Part shown: positions 1 to 8,243 of the stretch, piece after piece
How positions within the stretch are numbered: the stretch's first letter is position 1
How the letters are laid out: each line of letters opens with the position of its first letter
Made by a program: the position numbers and the translations under genes
The notes under the pieces: generated by a model
Seen by the model: the letters and a program-made list of their open reading frames with translations, nothing else
Databases searched by the model: none
What the model was told of the DNA's origin: nothing
Assembly (NCBI GenBank): GCA_016281805.1
Contig: JAEEJJ010000071.1
Coordinates: forward strand, 1 to 46,434
Direction: 5' to 3'
DNA length: 46,434 nt
From: Clostridiales bacterium
GTDB lineage: Bacteria; Bacillota; Clostridia; Oscillospirales; UBA644

Positions 1-88
1 AAAGTCCTTACTCCCTCAAAAAAACACCTCATTCACTTAATCGCTGCATGCCAAATTCACTGCCTTTTTTACCCCTGAAAACGTCAAA

Positions 89-131
89 CGCCCGACAGAA
101 TTTTCACTCTGTCGGGCGTAAGTTTTATGTG
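89..131. terminator. GC-rich stem-loop with T-rich flanks on both strands (candidate bidirectional intrinsic terminator)
   Basis: CGCCCGACAG (89-98) pairs perfectly with CTGTCGGGCG (109-118) around a 10-nt loop. It is followed by TAAGTTTTATGTG on + and by TTTGACGTTTTCAGG on -. Confidence 0.5.
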
Positions 132-647
132 TTATTAAGGCATTTTTACCGTTTTTCCCTCAAAATCGGGCTGTTTTTGGGCTAAAACCCGCTTTTCAGG
201 GGCTAAAACTGGTCTTTAATTATGCCTGCTTCTCACGTATAGCTGCCTGTGCGGAATTCTGAACTTTTAGGAGTTTTTTATTCTGTCTTTTCATCAATAG
301 TAAAATCATCTCGATTGTTTTTGTGACGAGTGTAACAACAACTGTATCAAGGCGTATTGTGTCGTTTGTGATCTCCAAAGGAACTGAGTTAAAAAATCGA
401 CTGCTGGTTACATATAGCTGTTGGTTTGGAATACTTATTTCCTTGGCAATTGAGATTTAGTTTCGCTGATTTTCTGATGCATCTCAAAGGAAACGGTGCC
501 TTTCCTCTTCTGATCAAATGAGCATGTAAGGCATAAAACAGGAATTTCTATTTTACAAAAGTGCCGCTTACGGCAAGAAAAGTGAACAAGTTCCTTTGCA
601 TACTTGACAAATCATGCAATTTCAGGTACATCAGGTTTTCCTCCGTA

Positions 648-2603
648 TCACAGAATCACTTCGACTCGGATGTCCTCCCATTTTTTTTGCGACTGACCAT
701 AACCACAGCTGTGACGAAATGCCTTTGCGCGTTCATGATCTATTACGAAGCTGAAGTACATAAAATGACTGTCTGCTGCAGGCAGTTGTTGGATTGGAAT
801 TCTTGTTTTTCTGTCGTTTGCTTCCTGAATATCATTGCTGAGCTTTCTGAGTGACAGCAACGAATCCCTATGTAACGGAAGAGGGAACCGATTTCCGGTT
901 CCCTCCTTACTTATATTCACGACTGCTTTTCCAGATCTGCCCTCGCATTCCATATTCATTTGAGTTATCAGATCATCGTCCGGTTCCAGCTTCAGATACC
1001 AGGTGAAATGCGTTTTGTCCTCCGGTACGACTCTGTAAACCAGTTTTTTCATTATCTCCTTCATAGATTTCTTTCTGTCGGCAATTTCATAAAGTTTTTC
1101 TTTCAGACCGATCCAGTCAAATCCTTCATCATCTTCGTCGTCAGCGCCGTTTTGAATACTTGTGCATTTTTCCTCAAGACGAACCAGCTCGGAATCGATC
1201 CTCGCCTTTTCAGTTAAGAACTCTTCTTTGCCGATTTCTTTTTCGCTTCTCATATTCAGAAGATTCTGGCGCTTGACTTTCAGCTTATCTATCTCGGAGA
1301 TAATATTAGGTAAAGACGTTACTCCCCCGCTTGTCGATCCGGCTCTGTAGGAATCCCTTATCAGATTAAACGCAAGTTCGACGGCTCCTTTTCTGTCTCC
1401 CCACAGTTCTTCGAGAATCATTGATGCCATCATGTCAAGTTTCCAATCGGGAATAGTCGGCTGATCGCAATAACCAGTTGCGTCTTCACCGATTTCTTTC
1501 CTTGCTGCGGCAGTGCCATTATTAATTTGGTTGTAACATCTGTAACCATATGTCATAGATGTTTTGTTTTTATGCCAGAATTCTCTTTTAAAATGGTAAC
1601 CGCACTTGCAAACCATTTTACTTGCCCACAAATCAGAGGGCTTGAAAACTCCATGTTTCTTATTTCCATCTTTTTGAGTCCCGATTCGACTTCGACGAAT
1701 CAGATCGGCTTTTCTCCAGTCTTCTTCAGAAATGATAGGTTCAAAATCAGCTTTCACGTACATATATGACGTTGTATCCCGGTTGAATACACGCTTCTGC
1801 TCCAGATAGTTGTTGCTGAAGGATTTTCCGTAAGCCTGATACCCCATATAAGTCGGATTGATTATAATTCTGTTTATTATCCCTGTTTGCCACTTGACAA
1901 GCCCTGAAGCGTTTTTCCGTCCCAGTTTCTCCATCTCCCTGCTTATCCTCTGGCACCCCATTTCTTCATAAATATACATATGAAAGATCATGCGTACGGT
2001 CTCAGCCTGCTCTTTATTGATTACATAGGTATCGCCTTCGCGGTTGTAACCGAGTATGTTGCCATTACCGTAGACCGTTCGCTTTTCACGGCTTATCATC
2101 TGACCTGCCTTCACGCGCTCGGAAACCTTCCGGCTCTCCTCCTGTGCAAGCGTTGCCATGATTGTAAGCCGGAGTTCGCCGTCTCCGTCCATTGTCCAGA
2201 TGTTGTCCTCGACAAAGAATACCTCGATTCCGATGTTTTTCAGTTCTCGTGTCGTTACCAGGGTATCAACTGTATTTCGGGCAAACCTGCAGACTTCGCG
2301 AGTAACTATCAGATCAAACTTTCCCTTTCTGGCATCTTCGATCATTCTGAGGAAAGCCGGTCGTTTTTTCGCCTGTGTTCCGGTAATTCCTTCATCGATA
2401 TATTTTTCGACAACCGTCCAGTTGGGATGGTGTTTGGCCTGATCGTCATACCACTGAATCTGATTCTCAAGAGCGCTTAACTGCGCTTCATGTTCAGTTG
2501 ACACTCTTCCGTAGAAGACCATCTTGCGAGGTCTGTTCCGATCCAGCAGATTGAACGGATTGCCTATTGTCTGATTAGTTCCGATTCCGAATGTGAAAGC
2601 CAT
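648..2603 (-). CDS. Large serine recombinase (resolvase/invertase catalytic domain plus recombinase/zinc-ribbon/coiled-coil C-terminal region; TnpX/TndX-like)
   Basis: The 651-aa ORF has the N-terminal motif YGRVSTEHEAQLSALENQ with the catalytic Ser, then DLIVTREVCRFARN. Further on are a Cys cluster (CKCGYHF...YRCYNQ) and a coiled-coil stretch. An AAGGAGGA RBS lies 7 nt upstream of the ATG at 2603. Confidence 0.9.
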   Translation of the reverse strand: MAFTFGIGTNQTIGNPFNLLDRNRPRKMVFYGRVSTEHEAQLSALENQIQWYDDQAKHHPNWTVVEKYIDEGITGTQAKKRPAFLRMIEDARKGKFDLIVTREVCRFARNTVDTLVTTRELKNIGIEVFFVEDNIWTMDGDGELRLTIMATLAQEESRKVSERVKAGQMISREKRTVYGNGNILGYNREGDTYVINKEQAETVRMIFHMYIYEEMGCQRISREMEKLGRKNASGLVKWQTGIINRIIINPTYMGYQAYGKSFSNNYLEQKRVFNRDTTSYMYVKADFEPIISEEDWRKADLIRRSRIGTQKDGNKKHGVFKPSDLWASKMVCKCGYHFKREFWHKNKTSMTYGYRCYNQINNGTAAARKEIGEDATGYCDQPTIPDWKLDMMASMILEELWGDRKGAVELAFNLIRDSYRAGSTSGGVTSLPNIISEIDKLKVKRQNLLNMRSEKEIGKEEFLTEKARIDSELVRLEEKCTSIQNGADDEDDEGFDWIGLKEKLYEIADRKKSMKEIMKKLVYRVVPEDKTHFTWYLKLEPDDDLITQMNMECEGRSGKAVVNISKEGTGNRFPLPLHRDSLLSLRKLSNDIQEANDRKTRIPIQQLPAADSHFMYFSFVIDHERAKAFRHSCGYGQSQKKWEDIRVEVIL

Positions 2604-2619
2604 TTTTATATCCTCCTTA

Positions 2620-2763
2620 TTATGCCGCGTTCTTTTTGGATCGCATCTCTTTTATTTTCTCAATTGCCGCGTTCGCGGTCTGTTCGTTAATATCGCCCTT
2701 TTCGAAGAGCATCTTTATTAGCATCCATGCCGCATCAATATCGCTGATTGATAATTCCTTCAT
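2620..2763 (-). CDS. Small hypothetical helical protein (47 aa from the internal ATG), co-transcribed upstream of the recombinase
   Basis: The ORF track gives 2620..2805. The internal ATG at 2763 (MKELSISD...) has an AAGGAGAA RBS 7 nt upstream, and the gene sits 14 nt upstream of the recombinase start. I recognised no family. Confidence 0.45.
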   Translation of the reverse strand: MKELSISDIDAAWMLIKMLFEKGDINEQTANAAIEKIKEMRSKKNAA

Positions 2764-2862
2764 TCTTACATTCTCCTTGCCTTGCGATTGCGGGTCTGAA
2801 TGCAATCACAAGAATAAACATTTTTTCTCACAAGTCCAGAGACAATCCCCATATTTTTCACA

Positions 2863-3237
2863 TTATTCGAACTTCTTGTTTACTCCCGTTGCCTCATAGC
2901 CTTCACGGGCAATTATCATTGCGTTTACCACAAGATCCAGTGCCCTGTCGGATATGAGATACGGATCTGAAAGGTCAAAAAGATTGATATGAGTTGTTCC
3001 TTCATAGATATCCTGCGCCATTGTCAGAAGAGCATACCCGTAAGCGGTAAGCCCATGACGGTCGATCTCTTTGAAAAAGATCCGTTTTTCTCTGAATGCT
3101 TTCTTCGCCCGCTGCCACGTATCTTTGCTTGCCGCCAGCAGATATGCCGCTCCCAGAAAGCGGTTGCCGTACTTGTACGGCGAACTTATTAGATACGTCT
3201 TGTAAATGGTTGCGTGAGTCAGATTCTTGTAATTCAT
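2863..3237 (-). CDS. Hypothetical protein (124 aa) immediately downstream of the MazF-like toxin; possible reverse-order antitoxin
   Basis: This is an intact ORF whose ATG at 3237 lies 20 nt after the mazF-like stop. I recognised no motif, so the antitoxin role rests on position only. Confidence 0.4.
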   Translation of the reverse strand: MNYKNLTHATIYKTYLISSPYKYGNRFLGAAYLLAASKDTWQRAKKAFREKRIFFKEIDRHGLTAYGYALLTMAQDIYEGTTHINLFDLSDPYLISDRALDLVVNAMIIAREGYEATGVNKKFE

Positions 3238-3257
3238 CCTTTGTCCCTTTCCAGTCT

Positions 3258-3722
3258 TCAGTCGATTATTCCGAGGCTTGTTTTTGCGGCTTCTTCAATT
3301 CTCTGAAGCGTTGTCCCGTCAACCCTTCCGAGGAACTGTCTCAGCCTTGCCTTATCCAGCGTTCTGATCTGCTCCAGCATTATTACCGAATCTTTTATAA
3401 GGCCTCCGGTCGAAGCGTTCACCAGAACATGAGTCGGTCTTCTTTTTTTGTTCGTGCGGCTGGTTATCGCGGCCACAACCGTAGGACCGTTGCGGTTTCC
3501 GATATCATTCTGGATGATCACCACCGGGCGGATTCCTCCTACCTCGTGTCCGACAACCGGATTGAGATCGGCGAAATAGACATCGCCTTTGAATACATTA
3601 TCAACGTGATAGGTATTATCCGTTGATTCCACTTTTACGATTTTCTTCTCGCAGGTCGGACAAACCTGGATTCCTTCCGGAATGACCTCACCGCAAACTA
3701 CGCATTTCTCACTTTCACTCAT
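3258..3722 (-). CDS. MazF/PemK-family endoribonuclease toxin with an N-terminal zinc-ribbon extension
   Basis: The core GDVYFADLNPVVGHEVGGIRPVVIIQNDIGNRNGPTVVAAITS...PTHV is a classic PemK/MazF signature. The N-terminus carries CVVCGEVIPEGIQVCPTCEKK (CxxC...CxxC). A GGAGAAAGA RBS precedes the ATG at 3722. Confidence 0.85.
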   Translation of the reverse strand: MSESEKCVVCGEVIPEGIQVCPTCEKKIVKVESTDNTYHVDNVFKGDVYFADLNPVVGHEVGGIRPVVIIQNDIGNRNGPTVVAAITSRTNKKRRPTHVLVNASTGGLIKDSVIMLEQIRTLDKARLRQFLGRVDGTTLQRIEEAAKTSLGIID

Positions 3723-3749
3723 AATTCTTTCTCCTTCTCAATTTAATTG

Positions 3750-4135
3750 ATAAGTACCGGGACGGCTCCGGCGAACCGTCGCCGTCCCTTGTCGTTTTGC
3801 TTGTGCATCGTATTTTTCTTCAGCACCCCGATGCAGGGCTTTCAGCAGACGTACGGTTGCGAACCGTTCTCATAGGACTTTCACCTCCCCCGGGTACTCC
3901 GCGGGCCGCGCCGGCTTAACCGGCTACGGAAGTATCATTGTCACTGTTATCTGTCATCGCTCTTCCGGAGAGCTGCTCCGGAATTTACCCAACGAGCAAA
4001 GTCCCGTCTGAGGGGACTTGCTTTGATCGGTTGCTTGCCCGGTTCTGCCAGGCGATAACGGCAACGTATCTGCTGAAGGAATTATTCAGTTGTTCAAGGT
4101 CCGAGCGGGAGGGGAAGAAGTATCAACCCCTCTCA
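3750..4135. other. GC-rich, ORF-poor, hairpin-dense non-coding segment (candidate structured RNA or single-strand DNA element), unidentified
   Basis: At least six stable local stem-loops are present. They are 3759-3788 (GGGACGGC/GCCGTCCC), 3853-3867 (ACGGTT/AACCGT) and 3910-3924 (GCCGG/CCGGC). The others are 3965-3981 (CCGGAG/CTCCGG), 3999-4019 (AAGTCCC/GGGACTT) and 4109-4132 (GAGGGG/CCCCTC). The only ORF here is a weak 111-aa + frame, and GC content is clearly above the flanks. Confidence 0.5.
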
Positions 4136-4468
4136 CTAATAGTTTGGAGAAAAAAATCCGTTTTGAGCGAACCTCACGTCAAAAAAATGATTTTTAAAGC
4201 AAAAAGTCTATTAAGCTCTTGCCAAGCACCCTGCAAGCTGAACATATTTACCTGTCAAGCGCTGTTTTGTTGACATAGCGCATTAAAACTCAGCATACTG
4301 AAAAAAGAGGTTCCATGGAACCGAAATTTTCAGTATATCACTTAACATAATCAATATCCCACAAAAGCAGTATGCTCATCATCCCGAGAAAAAAGCTGAA
4401 AACCGGAAAACCTTCTGTAAACTCTTAGTTTGAAGCAGTAAAAAAGACCGGAATTTCCTCTCTGCCTC

Positions 4469-4497
4469 TTGACAAACGAGGTAATTGGTGCTAAAAT
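4469..4497 (+). promoter_or_regulatory. Sigma-70-type promoter for the DUF4143 ATPase gene
   Basis: TTGACA (4469-4474), a 17-nt spacer, then TAAAAT (4492-4497). It lies about 40 nt upstream of the RBS GGAGGA and the ATG at 4537. Confidence 0.65.
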
Positions 4498-4536
4498 AAA
4501 GTGCAGTTAAAAATTACACTTATCTCGGAGGACAGA

Positions 4537-5763
4537 ATGGAGTACATCAAAAGAGATCTGGAGAGAAAGTTTCTCCACATGAGTGAGTCATTCAAGGCCG
4601 TGATGGTTGTAGGCGCAAGGCAGGTCGGCAAGTCCACCATGCTGAGGCATCTCGCAGAAGGTCAGAACAGGACATACGTTTCAATGGACGATACTCAGCT
4701 TCGCTCGCTTGCCCAGGCGGAGCCGAGACTCTTTCTGCAAACATACCGTCCGCCTATTCTGATCGATGAAGTTCAGAAGGCGCCCGAGCTTTTCGAAGAA
4801 ATAAAGATCATATGCGACTCGAGCGACGAACGCGGACAGTTCTGGCTGACGGGATCTCAGAGCAAGAAGCTTGTGAAGGGTGCGGGCGATTCACTCGCCG
4901 GACGTCTGTGCGTCCTGAAGATGTACAGCCTTTCCGCAAGAGAGAAACTGGGTATCAGTCCGGATGAAGATCTGGATTTCTCACTCCCGTCGCTTCTTTC
5001 AAGGAAACGGCTGTTTCCCTCCAACAATATTCTGACCACGTTTGACAACATCTGGCGCGGCGGTCTTCCAGACGTTCAGGGAAAAGACGAGGAGCAGCTC
5101 GGAGAATATTATAACTCCTACATTGAAACATACCTTATGAGAGACGCTGTTGACGACTATGCCATTACAGACACCGAAGGATTCCGCAAGTTCTTAAGGG
5201 CCTGTGCCGCGTTTTCCGGCCAGCTTGTCAACTACAACGATCTGGGTCTGTCCGCCGGTGTATCCGGCGTAACAGCAAAAGAGTGGGTCAAAGTGCTGCA
5301 GTCAATGGGCATCGTCTTCTTACTGGAACCGTATTCGTCAAACGAACTCAAACGTCTTGTTAAAACGCCGAAGCTGTATTTCTGCGACACCGGTTTCTGT
5401 GCATATCTTTCCTCGTGGACGACACGTGACGTCCTTATGAACGGAGCCGCAAGCGGACACTATTACGAAAACTACGTGATCGCCGAACTGCTCCGGCACT
5501 ATGCATACGGCAGGAACAAGGTCAATCTGAATTTTTATCGAGACAGCAAAATGAAGGAGATCGACCTCATTATCGAGGAGGCGGGAATCCTGCATCCTGT
5601 CGAAATCAAAAAGTCCGCGTCGCCTGACAAGAGCGCTGTCAAATCGTTCCCGGTTCTGAAAGAGGGAGAACGCACGGTCGGAAACGGTGCGGTATTCTGC
5701 ATGTCTGATGCTGTTCTTCCGATCACAGAAACGAATTACATTGTTCCGTCTAATATAATCTGA
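4537..5763 (+). CDS. AAA-family ATPase with DUF4143-type C-terminal domain (AAA_14/DUF4143 family)
   Basis: Walker A is GARQVGKST and Walker B is PILIDEVQ. The C-terminal LYFCDTGFCAYL motif is typical of DUF4143 proteins. The track ORF starts at a GTG at 4501, but the ATG at 4537 has a GGAGGA RBS. Confidence 0.8.
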   Translation: MEYIKRDLERKFLHMSESFKAVMVVGARQVGKSTMLRHLAEGQNRTYVSMDDTQLRSLAQAEPRLFLQTYRPPILIDEVQKAPELFEEIKIICDSSDERGQFWLTGSQSKKLVKGAGDSLAGRLCVLKMYSLSAREKLGISPDEDLDFSLPSLLSRKRLFPSNNILTTFDNIWRGGLPDVQGKDEEQLGEYYNSYIETYLMRDAVDDYAITDTEGFRKFLRACAAFSGQLVNYNDLGLSAGVSGVTAKEWVKVLQSMGIVFLLEPYSSNELKRLVKTPKLYFCDTGFCAYLSSWTTRDVLMNGAASGHYYENYVIAELLRHYAYGRNKVNLNFYRDSKMKEIDLIIEEAGILHPVEIKKSASPDKSAVKSFPVLKEGERTVGNGAVFCMSDAVLPITETNYIVPSNII

Positions 5764-5830
5764 CATCTTTTATACAGTATTCAATCGATCACCGCACACT
5801 GTTATATAATAAGCAATATTTGACTCAAAT

Positions 5831-5854
5831 CCCGCGCCGCTTTCGCGACGCGGG
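5831..5854. terminator. Stem-loop between convergent genes (candidate bidirectional terminator)
   Basis: CCCGCGCCGC / GCGACGCGGG forms a 10-bp stem with one mismatch and a TTTC loop. It sits between the + gene ending at 5763 and the - gene ending at 5865. Confidence 0.55.
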
Positions 5855-5864
5855 AATTTAATCT

Positions 5865-6431
5865 TTACTTCTTAATGAGCATTTTCAGCTTTTTGATTAT
5901 TGCCTGTTTCCTACAGTTAAGCGTCTTTTGGGGTACTCCCAGCTCTTCAGCAATTCTACGCTCGCTCTTATGATCATCATTTTTCAGAAAGAGTAAATCG
6001 ACAAGTTCACGTTCTTCATATGAAAGAGCTTCAAGGGCATCATAGAGTTCGTTAATCAGAAGCTGCTCATGGTTGGGTTCGACGTATGCGTCCTCATCCG
6101 CAATAATTTCTGCTCTGGTGATTGGATCATCATCGTCATAATAGACCACTTCATCAAGATCCACGAAAACAGTGTGCTCATCAAAGGCTTTTTTTCCATT
6201 GTAGGCCTTCTTTTTCCTTTCACGGTCATACTCGAGATAATTCTCATACGTTGCTTCAACAACGCTTGTGAAAGTATCCTCTTCATCCTCGTTAAACTTG
6301 ATGAAATACCTGTTTTTGTTCTCGGGATTGTTAACAAATTCTTTGAACTGTTTTCCTGTAAGTTCGATCCACTCCGGGTTTATTCCTTTGCATGCTGCGT
6401 CTTTCCAGACAAAATATCTTCTCTGTTTCAT
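5865..6431 (-). CDS. Sigma-70 region-4-like HTH protein (ICE-type sigma/transcription factor)
   Basis: The C-terminal SYEERELVDLLFLKNDDHKSERRIAEELGVPQKTLNCRKQAIIKKLK resembles the sigma-70 region 4 / LuxR-like HTH. The N-terminal half is unassigned. Confidence 0.6.
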   Translation of the reverse strand: MKQRRYFVWKDAACKGINPEWIELTGKQFKEFVNNPENKNRYFIKFNEDEEDTFTSVVEATYENYLEYDRERKKKAYNGKKAFDEHTVFVDLDEVVYYDDDDPITRAEIIADEDAYVEPNHEQLLINELYDALEALSYEERELVDLLFLKNDDHKSERRIAEELGVPQKTLNCRKQAIIKKLKMLIKK

Positions 6432-6530
6432 TTTTGTAATCTCCTTAAGTTTTGAATTTGGTTTTGATTTGTGTTTTCCGTTGAATTCAAAACCGGAGAT
6501 TACGGGTATTCACCTATGTAGCAGAGCCAC

Positions 6531-6580
6531 TTGTAAAACATAAAAGTCCTTTCTCAAGCGGATGCTTTTTGAAAGGACTT
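6531..6580 (-). terminator. Rho-independent terminator of the LexA-like/ImmA-like operon
   Basis: AAGTCCTTTC (6544-6553) pairs with GAAAGGACTT (6571-6580). On the minus strand the hairpin is followed by TTTATGTTTTAC. Confidence 0.65.
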
Positions 6581-6799
6581 CAAACGCGGTACGAAGCAGT
6601 TACCGTGCATTCGGGCATAAAAAGAGCGCCGTATGAATCGGACGAGAACATACAGGTACACTTATAGCTATACCTATTTTGTTCTCAATCCGGCTTCGTA
6701 CGGCGCTTGGTAGCTTTTCAGATGCAGCTTAAAGCTGCATTAACTGCTCCGCTTGCTCGGTTAAAAGTCGTATTGCCTTGTTATTTTCTTTTTTTCAGA

Positions 6800-6985
6800 T
6801 TATCTTTTGTATCCCATTTTCTCGGTCAGATCGCCGAGACTCTTATCGTACTGGGCTTTAGATATGACTCCGCGTTCAAGAAATTTGTCAAGCACGTCTT
6901 TCTGTTTTTCATAAAGCCGTCTTTTCTTTTCTTCGTTTGACAGCGTAGGCCATATATTATCTTTTTCGTACTCCATTAGGTTCAT
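6800..6985 (-). CDS. Small hypothetical protein (61 aa), translationally coupled to the ImmA-like gene
   Basis: The ATG at 6985 overlaps the ImmA-like stop (ATGA). The sequence is MNLMEYEKDNIWPTLSNEEKKRRLYEKQKDVLDKFLERGVISKAQYDKSLGDLTEKMGYKR. The longer 118-aa track ORF overlaps the upstream gene and is unlikely. Confidence 0.5.
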   Translation of the reverse strand: MNLMEYEKDNIWPTLSNEEKKRRLYEKQKDVLDKFLERGVISKAQYDKSLGDLTEKMGYKR

Positions 6986-7977
6986 CTCTTTATTTTCCTG
7001 TACTTCACAAGTTCGTATCTTTCCGAAGAAGGCTTTCTTTTCCGGAAATACGCAAGATTCAGGCTTTCGTTCAGTCCGCATTTGCGGCACTTCAGCTGTT
7101 GCGTTCCGTGTGTGTTTACGGTGACAGTCGCCATTCTGAAGCCGCACGACGGGCACTTTACGACTCTTGTCTCGTGTCTTTCAGCCTCCCTGCGGGAGCG
7201 GTGAATAAGGTATGTTTTCAGCGGATCCAGTTGTCCGCATCTGCGGTCGTACTCGATGTCCGAGTCATCGAAATCTCCCTCCTGAAGATCCTGTTTTATG
7301 AAGTCGTCGATAGGCTTGTATTCGATAAGTCCCATATCTCTGAGCCTTATTTCAAGAGCCTCCCTCGATACTCCCATTCCGTCCGCCATGCTCTGTATTA
7401 TGATGTGCTCCTCGCTGCTGTACAGAGCGTCTCCGAACTTCGTAAATCCGACACCTCCTGCGAACCGTTCCATTGCCTTGCTTATGTTGAATCCCGGCAT
7501 CAGGAGCGCTGCAGCAAGTCTGTCAGCCCGGTTCTCGAACAAGCTCATTCTTTCTTTCAGTGCAGTTATATCAAAGTCACTGATATTCTTCAACTCTCTC
7601 CGGTACCTTGCAACGGACATTTCCGGGCTCATTCTGTCAAGCAGATAATGAGATACTTCATGCGCCATTGTAAAGCGTTTGCGTCCGCTCAAGGTGGGGT
7701 TCAGGAGCTTTTCGGATATGATAACTGTCTTACGGGGAAAGACAATATCATAAGCCTTGCGACCTCTCACAACAGAAACAGCTGTTTCGCCGTCTCCAAG
7801 AAATCCTTCTACGTCTTTTTCTTTGAAAGTCTCATATCCGATTGTTAAACCGAGATACTCAGCGGCGAAGCCTTCAATATCCACGCAAAGTGAATTATTG
7901 GGATGTTCGGTGTAGAATCGGTCGATAAGAGATTCGCCGAGCTCATCGATCGCTATGTTTGATAAGTGCTGATACAT
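6982..7977 (-). CDS. ImmA/IrrE-family zinc metallopeptidase (anti-repressor protease) with C-terminal zinc-ribbon
   Basis: An HExxH motif is present in FTMAHEVSHYLL. The C-terminal CPSCGF...CRKCG forms a four-Cys ribbon. The gene lies in an operon directly downstream of an S24 LexA-like repressor. Confidence 0.75.
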   Translation of the reverse strand: MYQHLSNIAIDELGESLIDRFYTEHPNNSLCVDIEGFAAEYLGLTIGYETFKEKDVEGFLGDGETAVSVVRGRKAYDIVFPRKTVIISEKLLNPTLSGRKRFTMAHEVSHYLLDRMSPEMSVARYRRELKNISDFDITALKERMSLFENRADRLAAALLMPGFNISKAMERFAGGVGFTKFGDALYSSEEHIIIQSMADGMGVSREALEIRLRDMGLIEYKPIDDFIKQDLQEGDFDDSDIEYDRRCGQLDPLKTYLIHRSRREAERHETRVVKCPSCGFRMATVTVNTHGTQQLKCRKCGLNESLNLAYFRKRKPSSERYELVKYRKIKR

Positions 7978-8243
7978 TCATTATCTCCTCCGTTAGTGTG
8001 ATTCGGAACGACGTACCAACCTGCGTCATCCCTGTAGATATATTTTTCCGCACTACCGATGAGAATCGTGTAGCGAATTCCTTCCAGTCCTTCTACAAGT
8101 GAGCGGTTTGTGTGAAGCACTTTATCGACCGTCCAGCTTTTACCGTCAGACCAGTATATTCTAAGCGGTTTTTCGGCTCCGCTTCTGGACATTCTGCAGT
8201 CCACAGTCACATATAGCTTATTCACCTTTTCAGATACCCTCAC
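7953..8243 (-). CDS. Hypothetical protein (96 aa) between the repressor and the protease
   Basis: The ORF overlaps both neighbours: an ATGA overlap with the upstream stop at 8240-8243 and a 25-nt overlap downstream. It ends in TAG. I recognised no family. Confidence 0.45.
   Translation of the reverse strand: MRVSEKVNKLYVTVDCRMSRSGAEKPLRIYWSDGKSWTVDKVLHTNRSLVEGLEGIRYTILIGSAEKYIYRDDAGWYVVPNHTNGGDNECISTYQT

Noticed and set aside
1980-2480. Long antisense ORFs inside large genes. Examples are 1980..2480, 7099..7848, 37946..38686, 42328..42996, 43960..44589, 39185..39721 and 45810..46253.
   Set aside because: Each lies entirely within, and opposite to or out of frame with, a gene that has strong family motifs. 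Their products are low-complexity or Arg/Ser/Cys-rich with no RBS, so they are shadow ORFs.
3750-4135. Partial resemblance of the structured region to RNase P RNA, the FMN riboswitch or the cobalamin riboswitch. The matching stretches are GAGGTGAAAGTCC and GCCGGTTAAGCCGGCGCGGCCCGC on the minus strand.
   Set aside because: Only short fragments match, the order of conserved blocks is wrong for RNase P, and the B12 box and RFN cores are missing. I therefore left it unclassified rather than naming a family.
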